In this document: in pieces, positions 38,332-49,429 of the stretch
Position numbering within the stretch: position 1 is the stretch's first letter
Layout: every line of letters starts with the position of its first letter
DNA from: Trichinella spiralis
Lineage: Eukaryota
Direction: 5' to 3'
NCBI RefSeq assembly: GCF_000181795.1
Contig: NW_003526944.1
Coordinates: forward strand, 2,869,504-2,918,932
DNA: 49,429 bases
Notes under the pieces: generated by a model
What the model was told of the DNA's origin: nothing
Databases searched by the model: none
What the model saw: only the letters and a program-made list of their open reading frames with translations
Made by a program: the position numbers and the translations under genes

Positions 38332-41108
38332 TCCCATTCACCAAGTGTTGCTTGTGAACGATGCTTGGAGTTGCAGTTGCAAATGCAGATGCAGATGCTT
38401 TTGACGGCTTACGAGAAAGCGGTAGAAAGAAGAGAGGGGAGACGTTCGCGGCGCCGCCGGTGCGTCAGAGTTTTTCGCATTGATTCACGTGCAATTCAAC
38501 AGCATTGCACTTGCTTATTCACGTGCTTTGCACGTGAATTGAGCGGTCGCTTTCGAACGCGCGCACACAAGCACGCACAAAGCACATTCAGCTTTATGCT
38601 TTTGCCTTGTGCTGTGCGTTTTCGAACCGCAGCGTGCAATTGACGACGACGATTTTGCAGGCTCATTTTCATTTTTCAGCTTTTCTTTTTTGAAACATTC
38701 AACAAAACTTGTCTGAGGCGCGGGTTTTATTTGCACATGCAAATATTGATTTATTTTTTTCAATTATTAATATGATTGTGAATATCAGTGTTGTTTATCT
38801 TCTTCTTCTTCTTCTTAGTTTTGTTCCGTTTTGGAAGAGAGCATGCGACGTTTGAGTTTGGGCTCGCCGAAAGATTTGAAAGAGGTCCACTTTTTCAACG
38901 ACGTGCCGTTGCCAAAAGTGCCACCAAAAGGTGCCAGAATTAAGGTAAATTTCATTTTTATTTTTGGTTTTTATTCATGATTTTTTTCAATTAAAAAAAA
39001 TACTTTCTCATTTGTGGTGTAGCATGTGTTGAATTTATTGATCAGCTTGTTTTGCACATCATCTGTTTGCAGCGTTTTTCTGCTTTCTTCTTTGTTTCTT
39101 TTTTCCCATTATTTTGTATTTAAACAATTATTAGTATGATTATCAATCAAAATGAGGTCATTAATTGAAATTCTGTCACATACATTGAACTAATTAACTC
39201 ATTGCATATGATTTTTTTTCACATCATTCAGTTTACGATATAGCTTTTGTTTACTTCTGTTTGTATGTGTGTGTATGAGATCAGCGAGAGTAATAATGAT
39301 GAATGATTTTTGCCCGTTAGCGGCGGCGATCATTCGTACACAAATAAGTGTTGTATTGGTTCTTTTGAAAATTGTACTTCATTTAATGAACAAATAGCTT
39401 GTGGTGAAACTTTCCTCCAGAAAATATGCTAAAAATATTGTTTGCTCATCAGGGTATTCTTTTTCGAGATTTGACTGTTAAAAGTTGTATTATGCCGATA
39501 GCTTGTTTATATTTGCATAACTTTTTTTAACTTTAAATTTAATTAACGTGAAATTACGTACGAATTTGCGTAGAGTATACTGTAAGTGAATGCAAGTGCA
39601 ACTCGGAATATGTTCTAAACTGCTATCACAGTACATTGATTTTTCTTTGCAACTAGCAAGAATTATTTATTTACTTCTTCCCCAACATACTTTCAGTATG
39701 TTTTTTGTTCTGCTTTGAACAGTGTAATGCAGTTGCGCAGATTTGGTTTAGGTCTGCTATGCCGGTGTTTGCCTTACTGATCAAGAGGTAATGAAGAATT
39801 CCAAGATTCGCATTACTTGCGGAATCAAAGACACGTCTTTGTTTCCTGGTATATATTCATTTAAAGAAGAAATTTCTTTTTTTTATTTCAATTTCACTTC
39901 ATGAATTTTTTCGATGATTTTTTTTCCACTGTAGGATTTGAAGTATCTGGAGTAATCGAATCGATTGGTTCAAATGCAAAAGCAGCAGAATTGAATTTAA
40001 AAGTTGGCGATCGCGTGGTTGTTTGGCCCAGTGAAGAGATGGCAAAATACGGGTAGGATATCAAAATAAATTTGGGAAACAAAATGGATGCACCATACAT
40101 TGGGTGTTGTTTTCAGATATGCGGATCTGATTTCAGTCCCAAATTTGGAGGATTTGATTAAAGTCCCGGATTCATTTTCGATGAGTGTCGCAGCGATGCT
40201 ACCTGCAGGAGCAACGTGGGCTTATGCTGCCGCAATGCAGAGTTTGCAAACAGTGGAAGCTGTTCTCAGAACTCAGAGCCGTTGCAACTTGTTGATTGTT
40301 GGAGCTGGTGGATTGGGTCTCTGGTTGTTGAAAATGTGCAAATACTATCTTGGTTCCAACGGTGAAAGACCGGTCAACATTTTGGTTGCCGATGGAAAAG
40401 AAGAGCGACTGTCTTTAGCCGAACGCAACGGCGCTGATTGCGTGGTTCATTGGGATGAGTCAGGTTTTGTATTTGAATTAATCATTTAATAAAATTGTTT
40501 TTAGAAAATGTAAAAAATAATTTTAAATAATCTTTTTTTTCTAGAATTTGAGCAAACTTTGATTACCCGAACTAAGGACGCGGCACGTAGTGGATTGCAA
40601 ATCATATTTGATTTTGTAACCAGTCCTCGAACTGTGACGCGTTCTCTGCACTGTCTTGCCGATGTAAGAAGCTTTTTTCTTGGCTAATTGTGAAATCAAT
40701 CAAGCATTTATTTTTTAAGGGTGGAGTTTTGTACATCGGTGGACTATCTGGAGTGGACATTCAGTTGTCGGTGAAACTGTTGGCGCAGAAACGCCTATCG
40801 ATTGTTGGTGTTTCTCGCGGTTCAATCGAATTGCTGCAAGATTTGGTGAACCTTATATCACAGGGACAGGTATGAAATGTGACGTTTTTTATTCATATAT
40901 TACCATTTTGCATTTTTCATTAATCAACTGATACTATTATTGTTGTTATTATTTTTATTAGCTTGAACCACCGACATACAAAGTTTATCCAGTTGGTCAG
41001 GCTGGTGAAGTACTGAAGCAGTTGAGCATGTCTGAACTCGAAGGTCGTGCTATATTGGAAGTGTGTGATACTGACAGGGCTGTCAGCATGGTCCAATTTC
41101 CTTCGTAA
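36786..41108 (+). CDS. Medium-chain dehydrogenase/reductase (alcohol dehydrogenase fold) with degenerate zinc sites, 8 coding exons
   Basis: Exon 36786-36812 (MNVKPMSKQ) joins 38819-38944 in phase 0. Then [43 protein letters not shown], Rossmann motif [24 protein letters not shown] and EGRAIL. TAA at 41106-41108. Confidence 0.88.
38277..38326. repeat. (TCTG)n microsatellite in an ADH-like intron
   Basis: About 12 TCTG units with one TCTA variant. Confidence 0.9.
38486..38539. promoter_or_regulatory. Intronic cluster of three CACGTG E-boxes including a perfect palindrome
   Basis: CACGTG at 38486, 38520 and 38531. ATTCACGTGC-TTT-GCACGTGAAT at 38517-38539 lies within a GC-richer island. Confidence 0.5.
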
Positions 41109-41719
41109 ATTACGGATTGCATATTTAGCGTAACGTATTGAAAATGTATAATAATAATAATAATCATCATCATCATCATCATTATTATTATCACCGCTAC
41201 TTCGTATCCAAGCACAAGTTTTCTCTAATGAACATTTTGGTCTGGTTGATTGATAGTTTTTTTTTCTGTTGGTCTGTTTTGCTCTTTATGTGAAACAAAA
41301 AGCATGTTGATAAAAAGACTTTTCTGTGCTTTTTTTTGTATATTAATGGATAAATTTTGGAATTGATATTATGCTGCCGGTAGTTTGTATTGAAACTTTT
41401 TGTTATGTTGTGATGACAGAATGATACTTTCAAATATTTCAAACATCATAACTGAGCATATGTGTGTGCACCATGCGTGGTGGTCAGTGTATCAATTTTT
41501 TCATTTCATTGACACTTCTCAAACTGTTTACGGACGACTGATGCGGTTGACAATGCACAGTTTTCCATTTACAAGTAACGTTTTTCCCTTTTGTCGCCAC
41601 TGTTTAATCTCTAAGCTTCTCTTGTCATTTTTCTTTTTCGTTTTTGTTTCTTGATGCTGGTGCGTACTCCGTGCGATCTGTTCATGCGCTCGGTGAACGC
41701 TATCGATATTTGATAATCA

Positions 41720-41721
<2 letters not shown>

Positions 41722-41764
<43 letters not shown>
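41722..41764. repeat. (TA)n microsatellite
   Basis: About 21 perfect AT units. Confidence 0.95.
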
Positions 41765-41767
<3 letters not shown>

Positions 41768-41937
41768 CTGTTTGCAAATTATTGGAAATAGGTTTGTTTT
41801 AACAACGCTTATACATACATGTTTATACCTACTGCGCATATACTGTCTTGCGTTGAACCTTTCCCTGTAGTGTAAAGTAAATGGCGGAAATTTTTAATTT
41901 CTTCAGAGTTTTGTTGCACTGCTTATGTAATTGTACA

Positions 41938-43562
41938 AACTTAGCAACTAATTGCGTAATATAATTACAATAATGTCTTCAAACGCCATGCTAGCTGGCC
42001 CAGTGTCTTATTTGGCGCTGAGAAAACATGCAAGTCAGCAAACTATACTAATTTGATGGTGAACAGTGCCGAAGGGATTCTGCTGAAAGTGCTTTGTGCC
42101 CTTCAAATCCCGAAGCGATTTCCTACATATGAAGGCGATTATTATGGAAATATTTGCTGTAGAAGAACGCTTAAATTACTGTGCGGCGTTGTTACATGGT
42201 CATTTTTTGGTGCTTCATTTCAACAAATGCGTTGTGATAGTTGGACAGAAAATACGATCAAACCACCTGCAACAATCACTTGGAAAACGTTCATTGCTTC
42301 ACCTTACGTCTGCTTCGCAGCTTGTCAGCAACCTGCCTGTTGTAAGGTATGAATTTCTATTTATTTTATGGCTTCTTTTTTTTCACACACATTGCATTAA
42401 ACATGGCCACTATTACCACCTTTCATCGTATTTCAATTTATGTGAATTGTAACTAAAACAATGTTTCATTTAATTTCTCACAAATATGCATTTATCAGTC
42501 AGCGTGGCTTGTTCAACAACTTTTCTGTAAAAGTTACCAGTCGATGTTTTGATTGCAATGCATTATATAACATGCTTTATGATGCAAAATTTATCTCTAG
42601 CATAAACTACACAGTATTCTTGAAATCAAATAAATGCATATGTTTAAATCCAGTTTCTAATGATCTTCAGGTTCAGCGGGCAGTACTGTATATATTAGTT
42701 ATTTCGAAACGCGTTACTAAGGCAGAGATTAAGTGTAGTTAATCCTGACGAAAATACAATCATTTATCGAAAAAAAGCTTATTCACGATAGAACTGACCG
42801 ATGCAGTTGCTTTCTGTAATGCTCGATGCTGATGCAATATGCTGGGCTAATTACTGTCCAATCGAAATGTCTGTTGCGCCATCGCATCAGGTGCTCACTA
42901 ATCGGGAACTGCATAAGTAAAAAGATGCCATACATACAAAGATCCATACGTAAACATGTGCGCTGTGATTGGTGGATTAACCAACAAAAAGTGACATCAC
43001 TGAGCAGCTTGTTGGAAAGTCAATCTGATATTTAAAAAAGTTGTCCTTGTTGTTGTCCCATAATTTGAGATCGTGTGCTGCGTAACAACTGCAAGTTTGT
43101 GTCTCTTTGATTGTATGATGCATGCTGTTGTAGCACTGTACTTAACGAAAATTACATTATTAGCATAAATAACAATGCAGAAGGCGAAAACTAGCGCATA
43201 CGGAAAACTGAGATAAGCATGTACGCAGCAGAGCCATCGTGCTGCCACCACATTTAGCCACTATGAAGCTTATGCCAACTTTGTCCACTCTCGTTTTGTT
43301 CAAATTTTTCTCATTGGCTGATCACTTATAGGCTGTTCTACGCATTTTTTCATTGGCTGCCCACTGATAGGCTATTTTACGTTGAACGATAGTTGGCAGA
43401 TGAATTGCGCAATTTCATTAGTTATTCCATGTCGATCTTTTATTGGATGATGGTTGTTTATGAAAATTTGACAAAATTTTGTAAATTAAGCCACTGAGCT
43501 AGCTAGCATGGCGCTTAAAGATTTATTATTATCGATTTAATTATGCGATTAGTTGCTGAGTT
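41938..43562. mobile_element. Putative decayed non-autonomous DNA transposon (or two inverted copies of a short repeat), bounded by ~76-80 bp imperfect inverted repeats
   Basis: 41938-42013 (AACTTAGCAACTAATTGCGTAAT..CGCCATGCTAGCTGGCCCAGTGTCTTATTT) matches the reverse complement of 43483-43562 (AACTCAGCAACTAATCGCATAAT..CGCCATGCTAGCTAGCTCAGTGGCTTAATTT). No intact transposase ORF and no clear TSD. Confidence 0.55.
43305..43381. repeat. Two-copy ~38 bp direct repeat, each copy with an ATTGG (CCAAT) box
   Basis: TTTTTCTCATTGGCTGATCACTTATAGGCTGTTCTACG versus TTTTTTCATTGGCTGCCCACTGATAGGCTATTTTACG. Confidence 0.75.
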
Positions 43563-44542
43563 CATCATACATTAGAAAAAAATTAATCAATTTGTAAGTT
43601 TTCTATAACTCAGAATGGGCTATATAGGGAAATATCGATAAATTCTGCATTAACCTGAAGCACGAAGCTTTACAGTTAACAGTACAATAAGAGTTTCTTC
43701 TACTATTTAAACATTGTAATGTGAACAATTCCATCCATTTATATGCAAAATTAATCGTAATAGTTGGAAATGAGTAGTTCTTGTAACGGTTTCACTTCGC
43801 TTCACTGTTTCTTGCAACATCTGAGCAGCCCTGATTTTGAGCCTGTGGATATTCACCAAATTGCTGTAGCAGTGATAGACAAATTTGAAGTGATTAATAT
43901 TTTTCTGAATCCATGAAACTAATTTATCAGGAAAATGCACCATACCGTATAGAACTTTTGCAAGAAACCATGAACATTCAGCTTCGTTACTTTCACTTTA
44001 ATTAGGACAAATTCTAGACATAATGAATGGACCGTTGATCACATTCCAATGATAGCTATTATAATCCCCTTTTGAAATTAATTTACAATTGCACATACCA
44101 GAACCATATATCATTTAAAACTGTTTAATTGCTAAAAATGGAAAAAGGTCAACTAAGAGAAAAACTATACAAACTGTACAGATACAGAAATACAAATTAC
44201 GTACAAATGAATTGGAATAATAAAAAAAATAATAAATAGCACGGCAAATGATGCCAATGACAGTCTTGAATTGAACTATTCTGATTGTAAAATTGCCAAC
44301 CAGCTGAATTGGATGCAAAAAAATAGAAAAGTGCGAAAACATTCACCAAAATTTTTGAAGGAATGATTTTTGGAAGACTACCGCTACAAAGTCAGTAGTA
44401 AAATCCAAACTAAAACTATATTTTTTTTATGATTTGCTCATCAAGAAAAGTAAAATTTCAGGAATGCACAGTGTAAATGAATGGATTTGATTTCTAACAA
44501 ATGGCTGGCTGTATTTGAAATGGTCAGATGACGATAAACGAT

Positions 44543-45043
44543 TCAGTGGCGCATGAATATCGCCACTGCAATCGTGATCAACGTGGTGAACGCGGAATGG
44601 AGAGAAACGGCTTTATTGCACTCTGACTGCGCACACTGTGTATGATAAGACACCACACCTTTATTACCAGGACGTTTCAAGTCGGTTACATTTTCACCAT
44701 AAAATGCACACTGCCTGATAACGCGCTTCGTATCCAAGATATACTGATCCACCTTTCGACAGCCAACTGGCTGTACATTTGGCAAATGCGGTGGTTTGTA
44801 CAACTGATCACTACAGTTGACAAGATACTTTTTTCTCGCCTTTTCTATTTCAAATGAATCACCACAATCTTCGTCAATTACTGAATTACAATGGAAGCAA
44901 AATATTGTTTTCCCATTCGCATCGGAGCCATCGACACAAACAGACATCAACACCACTGACAACAATCCAAGAATGAAGCTAAACATCCTGCTTTGCTTTG
45001 CAACTGTCATGTTTAACAACAAATCACTCTTTCTATTGACCAT
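44543..45043 (-). CDS. Ly6/uPAR three-finger protein of the quiver/sleepless type, predicted GPI anchor, intronless
   Basis: Hydrophobic signal (MFSFILGLLSVVLMSVCVDG), CFHCNS..EDCGD..C..GCRK..RVIRQC..CAQSECN, then a hydrophobic tail AVSLHSAFTTLITIAVAIFMRH. Confidence 0.88.
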   Translation of the reverse strand: MVNRKSDLLLNMTVAKQSRMFSFILGLLSVVLMSVCVDGSDANGKTIFCFHCNSVIDEDCGDSFEIEKARKKYLVNCSDQLYKPPHLPNVQPVGCRKVDQYILDTKRVIRQCAFYGENVTDLKRPGNKGVVSYHTQCAQSECNKAVSLHSAFTTLITIAVAIFMRH

Positions 45044-47220
45044 TCTTTGCCATATATAAAATCTAAAATAAGCTTATTAATTACAAAAAAAAAACATTTC
45101 ATTCGTTCAATATATTTCAATTTGTGCCTAATCAACGGAAGTCTTTACCACCCTTGTCATCAAAACTTGGCAGTTATCCAAGTGATCTTACTGATAAAAC
45201 ATTGTTCCCTCATAAATGTCAAAAGTTGTACGTGCGAAATCAGTATTTAAAAAAGAACTGAAACAGTTGAAAACAAAGACTATCAATTGTAACGCGCACA
45301 TTATTCCTCTTCCGCACTGACTCTAAAGTATGCACTTTGCAAGTTGCAAGTATTAAGCATATTTGTATTAGTGTATAACTTCATCAAGAAACAATATTAC
45401 ATATACAAATTTATTGACTTCAATTAATGACAACGATTACATGCACACCTATTCATTCATCATTATTTCGTAACACAATATTTCACCGTTTTTATCGCTT
45501 AGCAACCAAGAGTACCAAAATTACCGCTAATGCGTACATAATCAATGTCTCACATGCGTTTCTTATTATTATTAATGTACTTATCAATTTCTCCTTAAAC
45601 ATACACTTTTAATAAGTCATAATTTGAAAAACTAAAGTTAATAAGTAAACTATCGCAAAATATTCAAAACGTGAATTTAAATAAATCAATTTCACCAGCC
45701 CAAAACATCACATTTTATAAACAATCAATAAAGCCACAAAACTGGAAATCAATGGAACATATTTGCATCACTCATATGTTTACTTCTTGATAAGATGTAA
45801 ACCGCAAGCATTACAACAAAAATATCTCATGTTTATCCATTTATACTAAAAGCTTCATATTGATATTAGTTAAGAAAATGAAATTATTCGTGCAAAAGTA
45901 TATATATTTATATTATAAACAATGACATTCTGGACATTCGTTCCTAATTTTATTTTGTTAAAAAGCTCAATCATCTCTTAGATCTGCTTACAGTAAAAGT
46001 GTTTGCAATGATACTTTTATCTGCGCTTAATTGATCACAAAACACAAACAAACCTTCTTGTTTGTACACAACAAAATCGACAAAACTGAATACTTATATT
46101 AATTTCACATAAATAAGCAAATCAAACAAAATAATTTAAAAAAATTACCGTAATGCGATTTCAATTAGCAGTATTTATCACAGTTTAAAATATAACACAG
46201 ATTACTGGCAGTTTCGATTAAAACATTCCAACAAATGCTAACTAGAAACTAAATGTTGACCCACATAGAACTCATAAACAACTACTGTAGAAAATTTTCG
46301 ATATTCAGGTATATACATGCATAAGAAAAATAACACGAGTTTGGAATGTACAAATTAAAATATATACACAAATAAACGAAACTAGTCATATTTGAATTTG
46401 GAAATAATTTGTTTTTAAATTTTACTCATCAAATAAAATGCTCAGCATGATAAAGTAAATATTTTCTTTAGCAATCAGCTTTCAGCAATTTTTCTGCAAT
46501 AACTGAAAAAAATATTTTGGTAAGAACAATAAAATTTATATTGACCAATTTTTTGCATCTTTCATAAAATGAAACCTAAAATATAAAAACACACCTTGTC
46601 ATAGCTGAAAAGCAACTGTTAAAAAAAAGTAGGTTACGCACATATCATTTTTATAGCTCACATTTGAAATGCGTTATTATAAAATTTCATGAGCGTAAAA
46701 TAAACGTGCTCAGCTACGCTGGAATGGAATAATTAACTAATCCTGTGCAAAATGAAGCTACTATTCATCTTATGTTTAAATATGTAATTCTCACTTAACG
46801 AGATAATGCCTGACTCAATTATATGTATATAACTTCATTTCATTTGCTTTGATTATTCAATCCAACGGTATCTACGAGACGGGAATAATATAATCGTTAT
46901 TATTGTCTAGTTGTATCTCATGTACTGCCGTTGCTGTAACTGTTAGTTAATGGTTGTAAAAACTACAGTAAACATAATGAAAAGAAGGCAAAGCACTTGT
47001 TTACCAAGAATTTCATGCAAATTTTTATTCGAGTGCTACGCATTGGCTTGCGTGGCGTTAATTGCAATGGCTGTTACCGTACTCTATGCGGTGATTGAGC
47101 AGTTTAGTATTTTCAAAGGGACGATAGCCTAACATCCACAAGGCGAATCCAGTTTTTTGTTTGTTTTAATTTTATTTCTGTAAAGCAATTCATCATAATT
47201 TGGAATACTACAAAAGAAAG

Positions 47221-49303
47221 ATGGATCTCAGCGTGGAGATGACGGCAATTCAAATTAGTCGCACTATCCGTAAGTAATTTTGTAATTCTCTGAAAATAAA
47301 ACTGATGATAGATGGTGAGTCTATAAGTTTTAATAACTGAACAATGATAATGCTGTGGTTATGAGATTTGTAAAATTTCATTTCTAAGTTAGCGGGTGGA
47401 TTATAGAAAATCTTTTCAAGATTTTCACGTAATTCTAATCTAATTTTTTATGTATGTGAAAATTTTTTAACATTTTACATTACTGGCTATCTTATTTTCA
47501 ATTTTTTATGTTGCATTGTCAAAAATTATTTATGAAAAATAGTATCAATTCAGCTTTGAAATTTAGTGTAGATGGTGTTCTTTAGATAGCGCTATTTGTG
47601 GGTTGTTTTTCAATTATGCAAATCAGTTTTTCCAGAAGTGCTTGTGCTATCAGTGGCAACGTGCTCGTTCGGTTGAATAACGCGAATAGTAGTAAAGTCA
47701 AATAACGCTCAGTCAGTGAGCTCGATTTGAAATAGCCGTGAGAATACAGTGGGCGGTCGTTGTTTCTGCAAAAGCTGATGAACAATTATAAAATATATAT
47801 GTATTTTTTACATTTAGAATCTATAAGGTCATAATGATTTTCTTTTATTTCTATTACGTCTGCGTGATGCTACAATTCATCCTCGATAAGAGTTTCCAAT
47901 GCACTAAAAACCGGTTTCTAACACTTCTCTATGCAAATAACGATCGCCATAAATGATGCCTTATCATCAGTATGGCTTCACTCGTTTGTTTGACTACGTG
48001 GTAGGTGGTGGCGTCATAAAGCGTTCTTTGAGTTTACAGCGGCGTAAATTAACTACTGAAGTCCGTTTTCCGTTCATGAAAAGTATTCCATTTTTCTAGT
48101 TGTGTTACTTTTTCAAAATGTTGTATGCACATTTGTAAATAATGACCTTTTAATTAAAAGGCAATTAATTGATATTGATATATTTGAAAATTCAGTTTTA
48201 AATTTTCTGTATCTCTTACTCTGTGTTTGAAGCGAGAACGGTTTTGATTTAATTTTTATCATTTTTTCAGGTATGAAAAATGAAGCAAAACAAAAAAAGT
48301 TAAAACACAGACAACATGCAGCAAATTATGAACGTCACGAAGCAGAACAAAAGACGTCAAGAGTTATGTGTGCCTTTTTGTGTGTCTTGATTCTGTGGAT
48401 ACTAGAGATACTTAGAAAGGGTGAGCTCATCTCTTAATTTAATTAAAGTATCTAAGTTCGTAATATGTAAGATGTAAGTAAGGTATAGCATTGCAAAAAT
48501 TGTACATTTTATTTTCTTTATATTTTGTGGAGATGAGAATTTCTATTCTACTTAAACTACATTCTAATGCTGCATGCGTAGTGCTTGCCCATTCAGCGCA
48601 CTAGTCTCTATTGCAAATCACCTTTTCATTAGCTAAGTAAACATATACTTGAAAATCTCTAAATTCAAACCATCTTCTTTATTAAAAATTAGCTTCACTT
48701 TAATCACGTAGTTGTTCGATTTTAAAAATTTTCAGACATGCAGAAGTGTATTTTGCCTTCTGACTGAATTTTTAATTGATGACTTTTTCAATTCTCTTTT
48801 TTCACATCAGTTGCAATAAGTTTAATCAAACGCTGCTCATCCACTAGATTAGTGGTTCTCTGTACGTGAATGGTTAAATTTCGATTACGTCAATGGCAGT
48901 GTCAGTGATCTTTGATAAGCATTTCCAATGCACACAAAGCGGTTTCTAGCGCTGCTTTATGCAAATCAGGGTCGTTTGAAAATTGCCTTATCATCAATAA
49001 TGGTGCGTTTGTTTGCTTGACCTACGTGGCAAGCAGTAACGTCGTTAAACGTTCTCTGAGTTTATTACAGCGTTCAGCATCTACTGAAATTAGATTTTCG
49101 TTGCGCAGTAGCTTTCAATTTTTCTGGCTGCTACATTTTTCGAAAAGTGGAATGCTAATTTTGTTAAAGGTATCTTTCATAGAAATTGCGAAACATCATC
49201 GCTTTTAAAATTCAGTTTTCAAATTTTGAATTTTTATATGTAATAAAGCGACAATATTGATAATTTAATGTTTATCATTTTTACAGATGTGAAGAAAAAG
49301 TGA
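47221..49303 (+). CDS. Putative small lineage-specific gene or pseudogene (exons 47221-47269, 48271-48420, 49287-49303)
   Basis: Strong splice sites (GTAAGT 47270, TTTTTTCAG 48270, GTGAG 48421, TTTTACAG 49286) all in phase 1. They give MDLSVEMTAIQISRTIRMKNEAKQKKLKHRQHAANYERHEAEQKTSRVMCAFLCVLILWILEILRKDVKKK-stop. The start is uncertain; an upstream hydrophobic ORF lies at 46977-47132. Confidence 0.4.
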
Positions 49304-49345
49304 AAACGCGGACCACACGAGGCAGATCGCGGACGGCACGAAACA
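47885..49345. repeat. Diverged tandem duplication of an intron-plus-exon unit (about 47885-48350 and 48914-49345)
   Basis: Colinear shared blocks: GATAAG..TTTCCAATGCAC, CGGTTTCTA, TATGCAAAT, TGCCTTATCATCA, CTACGTGG, CGTTCT.TGAGTTTA, CTACTGAA, AAAATTCAGTTTT, TTTATCATTTTT.CAG. Confidence 0.85.
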
Positions 49346-49429
49346 GATCGAGGACGACACGAAGCAGATCGAGGACGACACGAAGCAGATCGAGGACGAC
49401 ACGAAGCAGATCGAGGACCACACGAAGCA
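49316..49429. repeat. 21-bp GC-rich tandem array (CACGAAGCAGATCGAGGACGA)n running off the window end
   Basis: Units start at 49316, 49337, 49358, 49379, 49400 and 49421. The consensus unit has no stop codon in any of the six frames. Confidence 0.95.

Noticed and set aside
38230..38643. 137-aa ORF within the ADH-like intron
   Set aside because: Built from simple repeats and a GC-rich regulatory-looking patch; no protein motifs.
42053..42452. DSWT and CFA motifs suggesting a hAT transposase
   Set aside because: Spacing is far shorter than in hAT transposases and there are no other catalytic motifs; needs BLASTX.
49316..49429. CRISPR array
   Set aside because: Eukaryotic context and head-to-tail repeats without unique spacers.

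Overview
AT-rich, gene-dense eukaryotic DNA with many short spliceosomal introns (about 45-110 nt, T-rich acceptors). It is most consistent with a nematode, probably a basal clade I worm such as Trichinella; this is inference, not a database result. Genes reconstructed by hand from splice sites and motifs, in order: HEATR5B (5'-truncated), a secreted Cys-rich/Thr-mucin/CPG4-like protein, a secreted WAP-like protein, ADA2/TADA2, TMEM208, a U4 snRNA, twisted gastrulation (TWSG1), NOL10, an ankyrin-SOCS box protein, cytidine deaminase, GCLM, MRPL49, an unknown coiled-coil protein, SmE, ADAT2, CARHSP1/CSDC2, an alcohol-dehydrogenase-fold protein lacking its zinc ligands, and a GPI-anchored Ly6/quiver protein. 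Also present: a ~1.6 kb segment bounded by ~76 bp inverted repeats, and a terminal locus built by tandem intron-exon duplication ending in a 21-bp array. Most notable: TWSG1 in a nematode-like genome, operon-like gene pairs, the Zn-less MDR with clustered CACGTG boxes, two GC-AG introns, a probable NOL10/ASB antisense overlap, and a duplicated exon in which TTA became TGA directly before an open heptad array.
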